Source of the DNA: a virus
Taxonomy: Duplodnaviria; Caudoviricetes
Virus record (IMG/VR): IMGVR_UViG_3300044707_000497
Location: 1-62,760 of that record
Length of the DNA stretch: 62,760 bases
Direction: 5' to 3' (one strand)
Below, piece by piece: positions 54,201 to 61,597 of this stretch. The notes under the pieces were generated by a model that worked only from the letters and a program-made list of their open reading frames with translations, made no database searches and had not been told where the DNA came from. Numbering within the stretch: the first letter of the stretch is position 1; each line of letters opens with the position of its first letter. The translations under genes and the position numbers were made by a program.

Positions 54201-56727
54201 GTTTGTCTTCGAGAATCTCCCCGCCGTCCTCATCGGTTTCTCCAGTTGGCTTAAACCCAGCGGCACCTAAATCGTTTGTCTCCTCTAGGACTGCAATTTT
54301 AGCTTTTTCTTGGGTCGGCTCGGGGTCGGTAGCTGTGGCGGTAGTGACATTCTGCACGGTCGCGGGGGACATCTTCTGTTTTTTCCCCTTCTGCGCTACT
54401 ACGATCCCGCCGTCTTCAGTTTTTTCGACGAACTCGCCAGTCGTCACCCCGTTTGTGATAACCTGCCCCTGGGTCAAACTATCTACAATGGCTTGTTGCT
54501 GCTCCGGCGTGCGGCTTTCTAAAAGTTTCCGCTGCTCTTCCTTATCCGCTTCGATCTTAGCTTTATGTTCAGCTTGAAGTTGTTCGAGTTTTGTATCAAC
54601 CGCGTCAGGCTCTTCGTCTTCGTCGCTACCCTCCTCGTATTCATCTTCATCTACTACAGCGTTTTCTTCCTCGTTAAGCTCTGCAATTTCTGATTGCGTT
54701 TCGGTCACTTCGGGGGTAGCAGGAGCGGGAGTTGAACCCGCATCTTCAGGATATGAGCCTGATGACGTAGCCGTTTGTCCATCCTGCGGTGTGATTTCGT
54801 CAGAAACTTGTGTTTTTACAGATTCAACCTTGGTCTTAGCCTCCTCAAGCTGCTTGATTGAATCTTCAAGTGCTTTGTCCCCCTCTGCACCAAAAGTTGT
54901 TGTTTCGAGGAGGTCACGACGGGAAGCAATCTCTTTGTCAATCTCCTCGATGGGTGTGCTGTCCGTAAGTATGGGCGCGGGGGGAGGAGGAATTTGAGAT
55001 TGTTTTTTAGCGGCAGCCGTTGCTTTAGCCGCCTCGACGATGTTCTCGTCATCAACCCCGTCGTTCCGCAAATCTTCAATCAGTTCGTCCACCGCATCAG
55101 CCGGAATGCCTGCTTCGACGACCTTCTTCTTGGTCTCGTTCTGCTTTTTAGCCTGAATCACTGATTCATTGCCGCTAAGATCAAGAATTTCAAGGTCGCT
55201 ATCATCAGTCTTTCCCTGCTCTCGGTCATCAATGCCGTCTCCGTCTTCATCAACGATCTCACCTCGGGCTTTGGCAGCAGCAGTTTCCGCACGGTCAAAT
55301 AAGCTCGCACCTTCTTGGGTGTTTGGGAAAACAAACAGCTTGCCGTCTTGGACGATGCCGCCGCGAGCGTTAGCGAGCTTGTCAAAAATCTCTTGCTTCG
55401 CGTTCTCTACGACCCAGCCAGTATCGCCAGTTTCCGCGACGTTCCACCGACGCATGACAAGGCCGCCATCGAGGGTCACGGAATCTTTGTCGTAAACAAT
55501 GTCGCCAGAGGGCGCTGCCGCTCCCGCATCTGGAACTTCAGGGTCTTCAAGTGGCTTTTGAACGAGCCCCTTGAGCGCGTTGGCTGTGACTGGGGCAAGG
55601 CGCTCCACCACGCCCCCCGCACCGCCGATGGCGCTGCCGACAAGCGAGCCCGCCGCCATTGCGTTGAGGCGCTCGCGTTTTGCTTCCTCGGAGTTGATGT
55701 CGAAATTCGGGTCGTTTTCAGCACGGGCCATCTGCTCAAGGTAAGTCTGCGGCAACTCTTCGGCAGGGCCTTCAAGCGCGAGACCTTTTGCAACGCCCTT
55801 GCCGACTTCTTTAAGCAGGGAGCCTTCGGCGGTGTTCTTGGCAACATTAACCCCGAAAGCACGGCGGATGAAAGGCGATCCGATGAGCGTATCCGTGAAG
55901 CCTTCGATAGCTCCAGCAGGGATACCGTATTTCAGCGCCAGCCCTGCATCTTCAGTGTCCCCGTAAATTGATCCAGTCTCCATGCCGACACCCGTCGCCA
56001 GGTTTCCAGCAGCAGCCCCGGCTATCGGAGCGATACGAGCTGTTGCTACTTGCCCTAGAGCGCCCTCGGCGGCTTCCCTGGTTAGCCCGCCTTCCATCAG
56101 ACGCTTGGCGGCATATTTCATTCCGCCGCGAGATGCGACTGCGTTAGCTACGGTAACGGCAGCAGCTTTTTCAGTAAGACCGTTAGCAACGGCTTTTTGA
56201 ACTGCGCTTTGAACGACGCCTTTTGCAAATTGTTTTCCCGCAAGACCGCCTGCTCCACCGAGAGCAATAGTAGGGATAAGTTGGGGAGCCTGCTCAAGAA
56301 GCGTTCCGTAGGCCCACTTCGCCGCGTCTCCAACGCCTTCAATGTCTGTGAAGTCCACCATCCCCGCTTCCTCGCGGGCTATGGCTGCCTCCCTCATGTT
56401 ATCGTTGAAGCCTTCGAGCCCCAACTTCTTGACGCTCTCAACCCCCGCCAAGTCTCCAGCGAGTCCAACCACGCCCATGCCAAGCCCTTGAAGTTGATCG
56501 ACGCCCGCGCCGAACATCTTGCCAGTGAACTCTCCGAGGGTTACTGGCGGCTTGCGGTAAACATCGAGGTTCTTTATGACGTTACCTTCGCTATCACGGC
56601 TTACGATTTCAAATTGATCCTCCCAGCCTCCCTCCGGCGGTTTTTCTTCTTTTGGCGATTCTGGCTCTGGTTTATCCCACCCCAACTCTTCCCGTGTAAC
56701 CGGAACCCAGTTTTTATCAGATAGCAT
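45289..56727 (-). CDS. Giant polyvalent internal virion (ejection) protein, 3812 aa
   Basis: Gly/Ala-rich N-terminal region; two paralogous zincin-like domains (HELAH 51628-51642, HEALH 49747-49761); LPD23-like domain (GWF...DGKMRWEIPD, LLHEVQHWIQDREGFAQGGSP); LPD38-like C-terminus. Confidence 0.85.
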   Translation of the reverse strand: MLSDKNWVPVTREELGWDKPEPESPKEEKPPEGGWEDQFEIVSRDSEGNVIKNLDVYRKPPVTLGEFTGKMFGAGVDQLQGLGMGVVGLAGDLAGVESVKKLGLEGFNDNMREAAIAREEAGMVDFTDIEGVGDAAKWAYGTLLEQAPQLIPTIALGGAGGLAGKQFAKGVVQSAVQKAVANGLTEKAAAVTVANAVASRGGMKYAAKRLMEGGLTREAAEGALGQVATARIAPIAGAAAGNLATGVGMETGSIYGDTEDAGLALKYGIPAGAIEGFTDTLIGSPFIRRAFGVNVAKNTAEGSLLKEVGKGVAKGLALEGPAEELPQTYLEQMARAENDPNFDINSEEAKRERLNAMAAGSLVGSAIGGAGGVVERLAPVTANALKGLVQKPLEDPEVPDAGAAAPSGDIVYDKDSVTLDGGLVMRRWNVAETGDTGWVVENAKQEIFDKLANARGGIVQDGKLFVFPNTQEGASLFDRAETAAAKARGEIVDEDGDGIDDREQGKTDDSDLEILDLSGNESVIQAKKQNETKKKVVEAGIPADAVDELIEDLRNDGVDDENIVEAAKATAAAKKQSQIPPPPAPILTDSTPIEEIDKEIASRRDLLETTTFGAEGDKALEDSIKQLEEAKTKVESVKTQVSDEITPQDGQTATSSGSYPEDAGSTPAPATPEVTETQSEIAELNEEENAVVDEDEYEEGSDEDEEPDAVDTKLEQLQAEHKAKIEADKEEQRKLLESRTPEQQQAIVDSLTQGQVITNGVTTGEFVEKTEDGGIVVAQKGKKQKMSPATVQNVTTATATDPEPTQEKAKIAVLEETNDLGAAGFKPTGETDEDGGEILEDKRKDGLGKPFTVSTKLFRKKDGTTVNRSFFTYAPKKVRPQNAERTQQAEKLNVLRVMNQGVEVRVPNNTPAPAWMTVRPVEGKDYSIVVTAEYEENGINVGTFNATDPQGSFENAYKKNQAIKNIKVDASNQNRASREKAGTDATTKAAKRIQGASPLIEMLFSVISKPWFKSVESQIASDSLSGLGLQGQEEYRKLAANKIQNALSKISLEPKKGAEVKGAAGLVAKTAELFVSGTNASEIPKLVLEGRPQNTEETKLVNRTVTALGGELSIFASPSKHIAALEQVKTEALKFASLRPDDVSMDAKKEDGEDAQGDNLTASQLIQDSKQGKKGASKVELAAPGKLSVEELETMVEADKLAKTALESGFLEKLEEWKKSLTKLELLALDYLNAPDRTSQYELKRTVEEQLLFLRDRRTFKQLLASVERRAAELAEEVAGVKADDAIPRRAEPKSRVAISAENIAAAKEQNAKLSFQDRQNILKSEGLSEDEIAALSDDDASQQVVQLFALNNAAAKAPKAETKTAEPKKTKTVYDQETKTFKAATATPVAEAEAAVEQVALTPDEKFADDYLNEPDAEKQQGMLDAFEKPRIEEAQAKIIERGIDQPTAKKIAENKVKQKTTELISAAYQRRSPQSPGKAKGAAKEIKGAPGRKPSSPKLQRIKRRFLQAKVGLSDEQMVGMSNAEVDRAYLAYNSRADENKAAAAQDAVVSVAPGIERLVELGDQELVGAYADAILAAEKEGDYGKLRDLNFNELVRFGAFESTRELLTRLADPKNKAPRDMQVRAKAFLEMEKRGLKLDNIEVQAANFLKTGTKDRAVWGGLLGRNADYSAFGVYINLDQAHDRETPLQTVLHELAHVATFAKVHGKVKTTAQEDRIIKDLERMRRAAILKAGNASPAMKAAADKAGATTPEARLANYEKALKAMIASGEEGSRRYNGLQNLDEFIVEMTGSPDFVKLLSQLGFGAVNADKRTFNGMIRDAFNAILKLIGVNINPSSELGKAFMDSWNFTFRGTKYKAAPSELLKAVRGVAEAKAEPKTAAKAAKSQSDKSSIPAPQGEAEVKPEGNNQVTKPTAKKAKRAKAGRPTNREMREATELPKTEEEIAAEKAAFEKLLEQESKMESEDAPQSPAAFKTPHVLHTVRDAEDIPKILNGIRNGTNITIDSTKPNQSIGAGGITLVIEPQSVEYKSKGYNSNEGTISKESKPRIVEILVDRDGYGQPGVTQEDIDRSLERVTKLESDWDQAKSNYRAVLSRVNEQGADTGRVSQELGQELKAAEQKRDQAERAYFRGTDFETEVKPSITEDDAIREELSELINRYPVYSFDTDENGNAVEFQKVQSPAAKPRIIRAKNQDQADQDQADLRAANVSDILFYNGITEEDYDKLIDEGILTPNEIEMGYMQDVPKMLSNIAGDDTVPAPLRHVAQMLLDLGFDFSKVRFTETTEKYAGLYEPGTQAKSGRISVNLDSPHEGGIAQTIVHEALHHVFFWKTQKGYPLNRVERAAFRDMEKIFKHAERLALGRYTRAGQTLSQAKARRAPGDLFYGLTNMDEFITEILTNPEFQIFLQQAAPMQGLPKKGGYIRNLLDQIFAYFKDIIYGFDVSGDSLLTQGLDNVLAFIQTPQTEAGVQRAVEQMIGVPAPRATYGGEKADMPQFKRDSLEAARAMAADGKTSEEIRAVTGWFPGKYDGKMRWEIPDDKAGFVSMDDYRKKAKRAFGGEVFGSVSLDSVTERIGSGGYLKLADVLNHKALYDAYPEAKEIPFFPIGGNIQSGRKFKVALERLADGTLRVGDVISSSVILDQNDQISKDSLATLLHEVQHWIQDREGFAQGGSPSTVVPMEMKQNSRRIAELLAEKTQLSSWLEKAEKIIAETPKKKKFIVFGREVDAAEVTRQKSLVDSLKKQLDGLYKKYGVSKETIENPIAKHVFEAEKKYGAGWVMNKNANFEIYKKIAGEIESRDVEARIEFTEDQRKAVEPYSTENIAPEDAILVEPWAMTKAPMSPAGEAMKMIAKLTGAESKTTFNGGTYTAGGALSPDGKLDKQAGDKWRASRQQITAAARVIDTLSTRLVSAVKAAKKSGVEVSTETMNTALGNLDNPLTQAQRSEVRRMREIDEEEANTLEAAHLAKNREAFKVKQRAALAALPANVADAVSEMNEHIAYYSAMLKDSGILDPSMAATVEANLGIYLHRSYEIFDNEKWAKQVRENTKVMQAAERLIKRNIEQRNAAELIRQTESEGGFISKADAQAQTKGTAKQEQIDKAIDDLLAIGEDGMGSVILRGRIPGQKDLSIFDTRGNISPEIQALWGRYEDPTINYAKSVMKMSSLVANHQFLSDLRGLGLKEGWLYNGPEADRPRGYLKISSDNNKSLAPLAGLHGDKLLVEALYQMFPQNGVSDNYAWVRALSKVTGWSMAAKTVLSPVAQVRNNLGNILFDVAAGNFGFSDIPKLKDRMGTAFNMSFRSAFNAYPKEADFRKAMMNEMQELVRRGVIGESIVGNMLGQLMEAKRFSKTEEQFSNHLIGKLQKSAGAVWDTAQKAYASSDDFWKVMGYMAEVDKYTKAMPGWSPEQVKDHAAKIVRDIRPTYSLSPAALDKVKAFPFVAPFITFTTEVIRTSINLMKLARYEITEGNRTGNKELQAIGWKRARGMVFAAFGPGAVATGMMALAGIGRDDEERLRRFLPNWQKNSQLLLTKNKDGKVSYVDVSFLDPYDYWKKASGAFVRSLTARDDAEAMERITRGAMEAASELIRPFKSEQLVSGAIVDVLRNQDATGRPIYNPQDTGANIAAKTTERIWKAFSPGAFDTAGRIIKAGAGAVSDSGRAYNLANELLGLAAGQRITEVDVEAALGFKASKFSRDIRDASSLFTREFNSKGTRSPDQIADAYERANDATYRLTADFRDDVLAAIGLGKISPKKAEEILKANRIGKEDIAMIRSGRYKKYEPSDAAKKIAPKDRIKAADAAVKRAKDTPL
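54717..54788 (-). tRNA. tRNA-Met(CAU), initiator-like, embedded in frame on the sense strand of the giant gene
   Basis: C-GCAGGA TG GAC-AAACGGCTAC-GTC A TCAGG-CTCATAT-CCTGA AGAT GCGGG-TTCAACT-CCCGC TCCTGC-T A; all four stems pair. Confidence 0.8.
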
Positions 56728-56729
56728 AG

Positions 56730-58610
56730 TTATTTATTAAGAAAACCAACATTTCCCATGCCCCTAATGTTTTGAGAGCGGGGTCTCAGGATGTCCCCCC
56801 AAGGGTTCGACTCATCGTTCGGCGCTATTTTGGCGGCAGGAGTGGATTGCTTGGAAGGGAGACCTCTCATAACAAGCCCAACATTTTCCATACCTTTAAC
56901 GCTTTGGGTGCGGGGGCTCGTAATGCCCTCCCAGTTTTGAAGGAGTGGGTTTGTTTCATCCGCCGCTTCGACTGGGGCAGGTTGAGGCGCAGCAGATTGC
57001 TTGGCAGCGGGCTTCCCTAGCCCCAAAAGTTCTTTCCCTAATCTATGCCCTAGGGGGATTTGTTTACGAAGCTCTTTTATTTGTTTAAGCCGTTCTTTGT
57101 TGAGGCTGGCGTCACCCCTAAAATTAGGATACCCCGTGTCTCGGACTTCTTGCTCCAGCTTGCGAATCTGAGCATAAACCGGAGCTAGATTCTCGTTTAA
57201 TTCTTCTTTAGTCGCAGCGTATTCTTCTCGTTGAGCTTTATCGGGGCTTACCGCATACCCACCTGTCCACATCTTGTCTAATTTTTCTTTGGCAGAAGAC
57301 GCAGTGGTTAAGTTAGCTTTAATTTCTTCTGAGACTGAAACTTTTGAGGTGTCAGTTTTTTGGGCAGCCTTCGACTCGGCAGGCTTTTCAGGTTCTTGCG
57401 TTTTCTGGACTAAGCTATGAGTGATCCACTGGGGGCCTTGTTTACCATTAGCAACATAGGAGGTGACAACATTAGGGTCTTCCGTAGCGTAAACAACTGT
57501 CGGCTTGCCCCCGATAGCCATCTTGAACGGTAGATTTTTTGTTTCTTTGTTCCGTAACCAAGCATCCCGCTCTGCGCTGTCTTTGAATGAGGGGGCATTC
57601 TTAATCGCTATGGCCTGAATCCTGTTCATATTTTCAGCAATCCGCGTGTCAAACTGATCTGCTGTCACTCCATCATAGGTATCCAGCCCCATATTTTTAG
57701 CTTCTTCAAGCTCTTGGTTTTGTCTAAAGTAGCGATTTAGCTGAGCCCCAAGTTTGCTCGCCCCTTGCGGAAGTTGCATCGCCGCGTCTCTTTCCGCTCC
57801 TAATTTCTGCAACGCCATTTCATCTTCGTCAGTTCGATTTTCTTTCTTGGAAATGGCGTCGATCAAACTTTGTGCTTTTGTAGCCCTTTCAATCGAGTCA
57901 TCTTCCTTGGTCTTAGCGGCTTTAACCGACGACGCCCAAACTAGCTTATCCGCTTCAAAGGCTTGGTCCCAGTCCATGTCTTTTGGCAGGGTAATTTCCT
58001 GACCGTCAACTTTTATGGTGGCTCCCTCTCGTCGGATTCGGTCAACGCGGTCGATTTCTTCCGCCGTGCGATACCCGCCTCCAGGGCGCGTTCCGAGCCT
58101 TTCCACGAGGTTGCGATCCAAGTTCCGTTCTTCAAATAGATCACCCATTCGGGAATAAACCATTCCAATAAACTGTTCATCAAGGGCTTTTTCTCTTGCT
58201 ACTTCCCTTGCGTTAGCGCCGGTTCTTCCGTTTTTTAACCCTTTCACTTGGCTTATGATCCCATACCCTTCAGAAATAATTTCCCCTAGGGTGAGTTCTT
58301 TTGGGGGTTCTTGCTGTTCTTGCGGCGCAGGGGTTTTTTTCGGAGGTTCAAAGCTGTCGAATACATTCCCAGTCTCCTCGGCCTTTAATTGCCGTGAAGT
58401 AGAGTTTAATTCCGACCGTGTTCTAGGGTCTTCGAGCGGGGCTATTTTTGAGTCCGGCACAAACGAGCCTTCAGCGGACGTATTTAATTTTCCGGCGTCT
58501 GTCTTTAACATCTCATCTCTGCGAAGTTGAGAGGTTTGAGCGGGTAGATTGTCAAAAACCGATCCCCTTTCGAGGTCGGTATTAAATTGGTCAGCGAGAT
58601 TCCAAGCCAT
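56730..58610 (-). CDS. Probable internal virion/ejection protein
   Basis: 626 aa, charged and helical; immediately upstream of the giant gene. Confidence 0.6.
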   Translation of the reverse strand: MAWNLADQFNTDLERGSVFDNLPAQTSQLRRDEMLKTDAGKLNTSAEGSFVPDSKIAPLEDPRTRSELNSTSRQLKAEETGNVFDSFEPPKKTPAPQEQQEPPKELTLGEIISEGYGIISQVKGLKNGRTGANAREVAREKALDEQFIGMVYSRMGDLFEERNLDRNLVERLGTRPGGGYRTAEEIDRVDRIRREGATIKVDGQEITLPKDMDWDQAFEADKLVWASSVKAAKTKEDDSIERATKAQSLIDAISKKENRTDEDEMALQKLGAERDAAMQLPQGASKLGAQLNRYFRQNQELEEAKNMGLDTYDGVTADQFDTRIAENMNRIQAIAIKNAPSFKDSAERDAWLRNKETKNLPFKMAIGGKPTVVYATEDPNVVTSYVANGKQGPQWITHSLVQKTQEPEKPAESKAAQKTDTSKVSVSEEIKANLTTASSAKEKLDKMWTGGYAVSPDKAQREEYAATKEELNENLAPVYAQIRKLEQEVRDTGYPNFRGDASLNKERLKQIKELRKQIPLGHRLGKELLGLGKPAAKQSAAPQPAPVEAADETNPLLQNWEGITSPRTQSVKGMENVGLVMRGLPSKQSTPAAKIAPNDESNPWGDILRPRSQNIRGMGNVGFLNK

Positions 58611-58616
58611 AATTAG

Positions 58617-59102
58617 TTACCAGTTTAAAAAATTACTAGTAGAGTTTAATGAAGAGGGGTTAGAGGAGTTAGAGGAGTTAGAGGGGGCTACGGGCCGCGC
58701 CGATCCACCCGCAAAAATAGGGGAGTTGTAATACTCAGGGAATCTCTCCTTAAACATAGCAGCGGCATAGTCGCTACCCGTCAATGACCTTGAATCATAC
58801 ATACCCTTCAGCCGCTCGGCGTTGGCGTTGTTTTCATTGATCTCGGACTGTAGTTTTATGAGGGACAATTCGGCGGCCTTCTTCTTCGTGGGGAAGAGAA
58901 TTTTTTCCAACTCAAACTCCTCTTGCTCGCGGGCTTCTTCCGCTTGCTTGCGACTCTCCTCTTGGTTGCCCTTCATCATGCCATAGGTGGTCTTTGCAGC
59001 GTTCATGCCATCGCTGAAAGGCTTCCAATCCCACTGGGCGAAGTTTGCTCCGTATTGGCTTGCTCCTGTTGACGGGTCGATTATTTGAACTCCTGTTGCC
59101 AT
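58617..59102 (-). CDS. Probable virion protein
   Basis: Short coiled coil; lies in the ejection-protein block. Confidence 0.55.
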   Translation of the reverse strand: MATGVQIIDPSTGASQYGANFAQWDWKPFSDGMNAAKTTYGMMKGNQEESRKQAEEAREQEEFELEKILFPTKKKAAELSLIKLQSEINENNANAERLKGMYDSRSLTGSDYAAAMFKERFPEYYNSPIFAGGSARPVAPSNSSNSSNPSSLNSTSNFLNW

Positions 59103-59105
59103 AAA

Positions 59106-60476
59106 TTATGCGTTGTAATACCACCCGCCAGGTGTTCCGCCCATTCCGAGGAAGCCGCCGGATGATTTTTGGTATGAAAGTTGGTTTGGTGCTACCCCAT
59201 GGGCATTTGCTGCCGTTACTTGGTTGCCATAAAATCCAGCCGAGTTAATCCCACCACCACCTCCTCCACCACCCCCGCCCATGGACCCCATACCCATTCC
59301 CATGATCCCCCCGCCGATCTGCGAGGAGGCGTTGCTTACGAGTTGTGCGTTGGCAAGGCCACTCGCGAGCGAGCGGTTGGCGTTGGCGTAAGCTCCGGCG
59401 AGGCCCTGTCCTTGGATTCCAAGTTTCTGATTCGTGCGAGCCTCTGCGGCGGCAGCTTCGAGCGCGGCAGCTTGACGGGCTGTATCTGACTCCTGCCCGT
59501 AAATGTTCGTATTCATCGTGTTGAGGAAGCTGGCGCGGTTTGTGGCCGCGTCGAAGCGTTTATCCAGCGTCGTGTTGAGGCCGACCATCGTGTAGTTAAG
59601 AGGCACTTTCTGAGCCTCAAAGAGTCCGGCGCTGTTTTGGTTATTGACATCAATGACCTTGTTCACATTCAGCCCCATGAAGTTGTAAACATCGTTCACC
59701 CCCATCTGGGTTCCGGCGACAAGTGTGTTGTAGTCCTGAAGTTGACGGTCTTGGAAATTTTTCTGCCCTTGCTGGATTCCTGCATAGGAGGAGAGCCCGA
59801 GGTCTCGCATTGAGAGGTTAGTTCTAAGATCGCTGCCTAATCCTATTCCCGAGCCTAGGGCGCGTTGGGCGCTGGATCGCTCGATCTCCGCTTTCACCGA
59901 TGCGGGGACGATGCCCTGCGTAAGCTGCAAATCATTCAGCGCCATCTGAGAGCGCGTTTCGTCAAAAAGCGGTGTCGCCGCCCTCGCCAAGTCCAAACGG
60001 ATTTGCTGGTTCTTTTGACTCATCCGCTCGGCAAAATTTGCAAAGTCGTCGAACCGCGAAAGGTTGTAATCGTAGGTCTGGTCAGCGGACTTTTCGATAA
60101 CCTCATTGTTCCGCTTTTCAAGATCGGCGACATTTTTGTTCGCCTGATCGACGACCTTATTAACGCCTTCGTTATAGCTTGGAGCCTTCCCGATTGCTTT
60201 GTCTATCGTTTTACTGTAATCATCGACCGTTTTGGTTGTATTCTTTTGATATGTCGATGACAGCCCCCCTTGAGCAGATCGAAGCCCGCTTGTGATTCCT
60301 AGGACAGTCTCAAACCCGCGCTCGGACTCAGCCGCCGCGAGCTTCATGTATTTTTTCGTAGCCGCACTGCTTTGCGCGTTTGCGCGCCTTGTTGAGTCAG
60401 ACTGCATGGCCCCTGCCGCCACGGCTCCGCCTGCTATGATTGTGGCTCCTACGGCTACTGCTGCTATCGCTCCCAT
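59106..60476 (-). CDS. Ejection/DNA-transfer (pilot-like) protein
   Basis: Hydrophobic Ala/Gly N-terminus, Q/N/A-rich helical body, Gly-rich tail. Confidence 0.7.
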   Translation of the reverse strand: MGAIAAVAVGATIIAGGAVAAGAMQSDSTRRANAQSSAATKKYMKLAAAESERGFETVLGITSGLRSAQGGLSSTYQKNTTKTVDDYSKTIDKAIGKAPSYNEGVNKVVDQANKNVADLEKRNNEVIEKSADQTYDYNLSRFDDFANFAERMSQKNQQIRLDLARAATPLFDETRSQMALNDLQLTQGIVPASVKAEIERSSAQRALGSGIGLGSDLRTNLSMRDLGLSSYAGIQQGQKNFQDRQLQDYNTLVAGTQMGVNDVYNFMGLNVNKVIDVNNQNSAGLFEAQKVPLNYTMVGLNTTLDKRFDAATNRASFLNTMNTNIYGQESDTARQAAALEAAAAEARTNQKLGIQGQGLAGAYANANRSLASGLANAQLVSNASSQIGGGIMGMGMGSMGGGGGGGGGGINSAGFYGNQVTAANAHGVAPNQLSYQKSSGGFLGMGGTPGGWYYNA

Positions 60477-60477
60477 G

Positions 60478-61572
60478 CTAGGCTACTCCTTTCAGATAAA
60501 CTTGTGTCCAAGAAAGCAACCTCCCTTGGAGGAAAAGAAACCCCGCGCAATTTGCAGGGATGCCGAGCGCGATTGCAGCGGCAGCGGTATAGATAGAAGG
60601 GTTTGGCATAATGTTTTTGCCTGCGGCGTGGAGGAACTGGGTGATCTCTTGGATTTTTGTGTGAAGGTCCGAGCGGTGTTTCGCGAGCCAGCCGTCCACT
60701 TTTACCCAGAGCGGGTCGGGCTCACCTCTATGAAATGAATTTCCCCAGCCTGGGATTCTCAAACCGTCTTCAAACATGAGCTTGACGCCTTGCAGCGAGT
60801 GGCTTGACGCAAGTATCTCGTAGGATTGTTCCAGTGGCGCGTGCGTTCCCCCTAGGGTTAGCAGACCAGAGGCGATACTGTTTGTCCACGAGCCGTTGCC
60901 CGCCGAGCAAGCTGCGACAGCGTTGGAAGAAATGTTCCCACGGAAGGCGCTTTCAGCGTGCGCTTCTAAAACCAACTGCAACAACTCTTCCTCCCGCTCG
61001 CTCAGAGGGGAAACGCGCCCTGGGATAGCCGCCCCACCGCGTAGTGCCCCGTGGATGAACTGAGGCTCCATCTGCACGTTGAGGCTGCGGAGAACTTCAA
61101 ATTGTTCTTTTGGAAACTCAACGCCGCCAAGGCAATGATGCCAGATTTTTTCAACCACCTCGGACTTGTCCAAGTTTTTGAAGTTCACTACAAGCGCGAG
61201 CCCTTTAAGCTCCTCCAAGGCTTCAAGTGTGCGATCTACAAATTCATCAAGCGGAAGCTCTTCCACGGTCTTGCCGGACACTTTTGCAAACGACTCTAAA
61301 ACAGAATCTTGGTCGCGCTCCACAATGACCACACGGAGGCTCGGCATCAACTCAAGCAACTCTTTTGCTTTCAACGCCGCGCCGCAATCCGAATTGCCTA
61401 CATACTTTGCCCCAGCGGACATAACCTCGGCCATGCCTTTCGCGTCCAACCCTCTATTGCTAAGTTCATGGTGGCAAAGTGAATCTCCCCTCGTAAAGAG
61501 GTTTGCCAACCAAGCCGTGCGGGAGCGGGGTAGCCCCAGGATTAGAAAATTTCGCTCGGATTGGATTAGCAT
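60478..61572 (-). CDS. Sulfotransferase-like P-loop domain fused to a degenerate citrate-synthase/citryl-CoA-lyase-fold domain
   Basis: FLILGLPRSRTAWLANLF N-terminus; HAE..GNISS, LGGTHAP, RIPGWGN, PDP, IMPN, LFLQGR..W in the C-terminus; ATG at 61572. Confidence 0.75.
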   Translation of the reverse strand: MLIQSERNFLILGLPRSRTAWLANLFTRGDSLCHHELSNRGLDAKGMAEVMSAGAKYVGNSDCGAALKAKELLELMPSLRVVIVERDQDSVLESFAKVSGKTVEELPLDEFVDRTLEALEELKGLALVVNFKNLDKSEVVEKIWHHCLGGVEFPKEQFEVLRSLNVQMEPQFIHGALRGGAAIPGRVSPLSEREEELLQLVLEAHAESAFRGNISSNAVAACSAGNGSWTNSIASGLLTLGGTHAPLEQSYEILASSHSLQGVKLMFEDGLRIPGWGNSFHRGEPDPLWVKVDGWLAKHRSDLHTKIQEITQFLHAAGKNIMPNPSIYTAAAAIALGIPANCAGFLFLQGRLLSWTQVYLKGVA

Positions 61573-61597
61573 AACCGTGTATTTATTACACCATACC

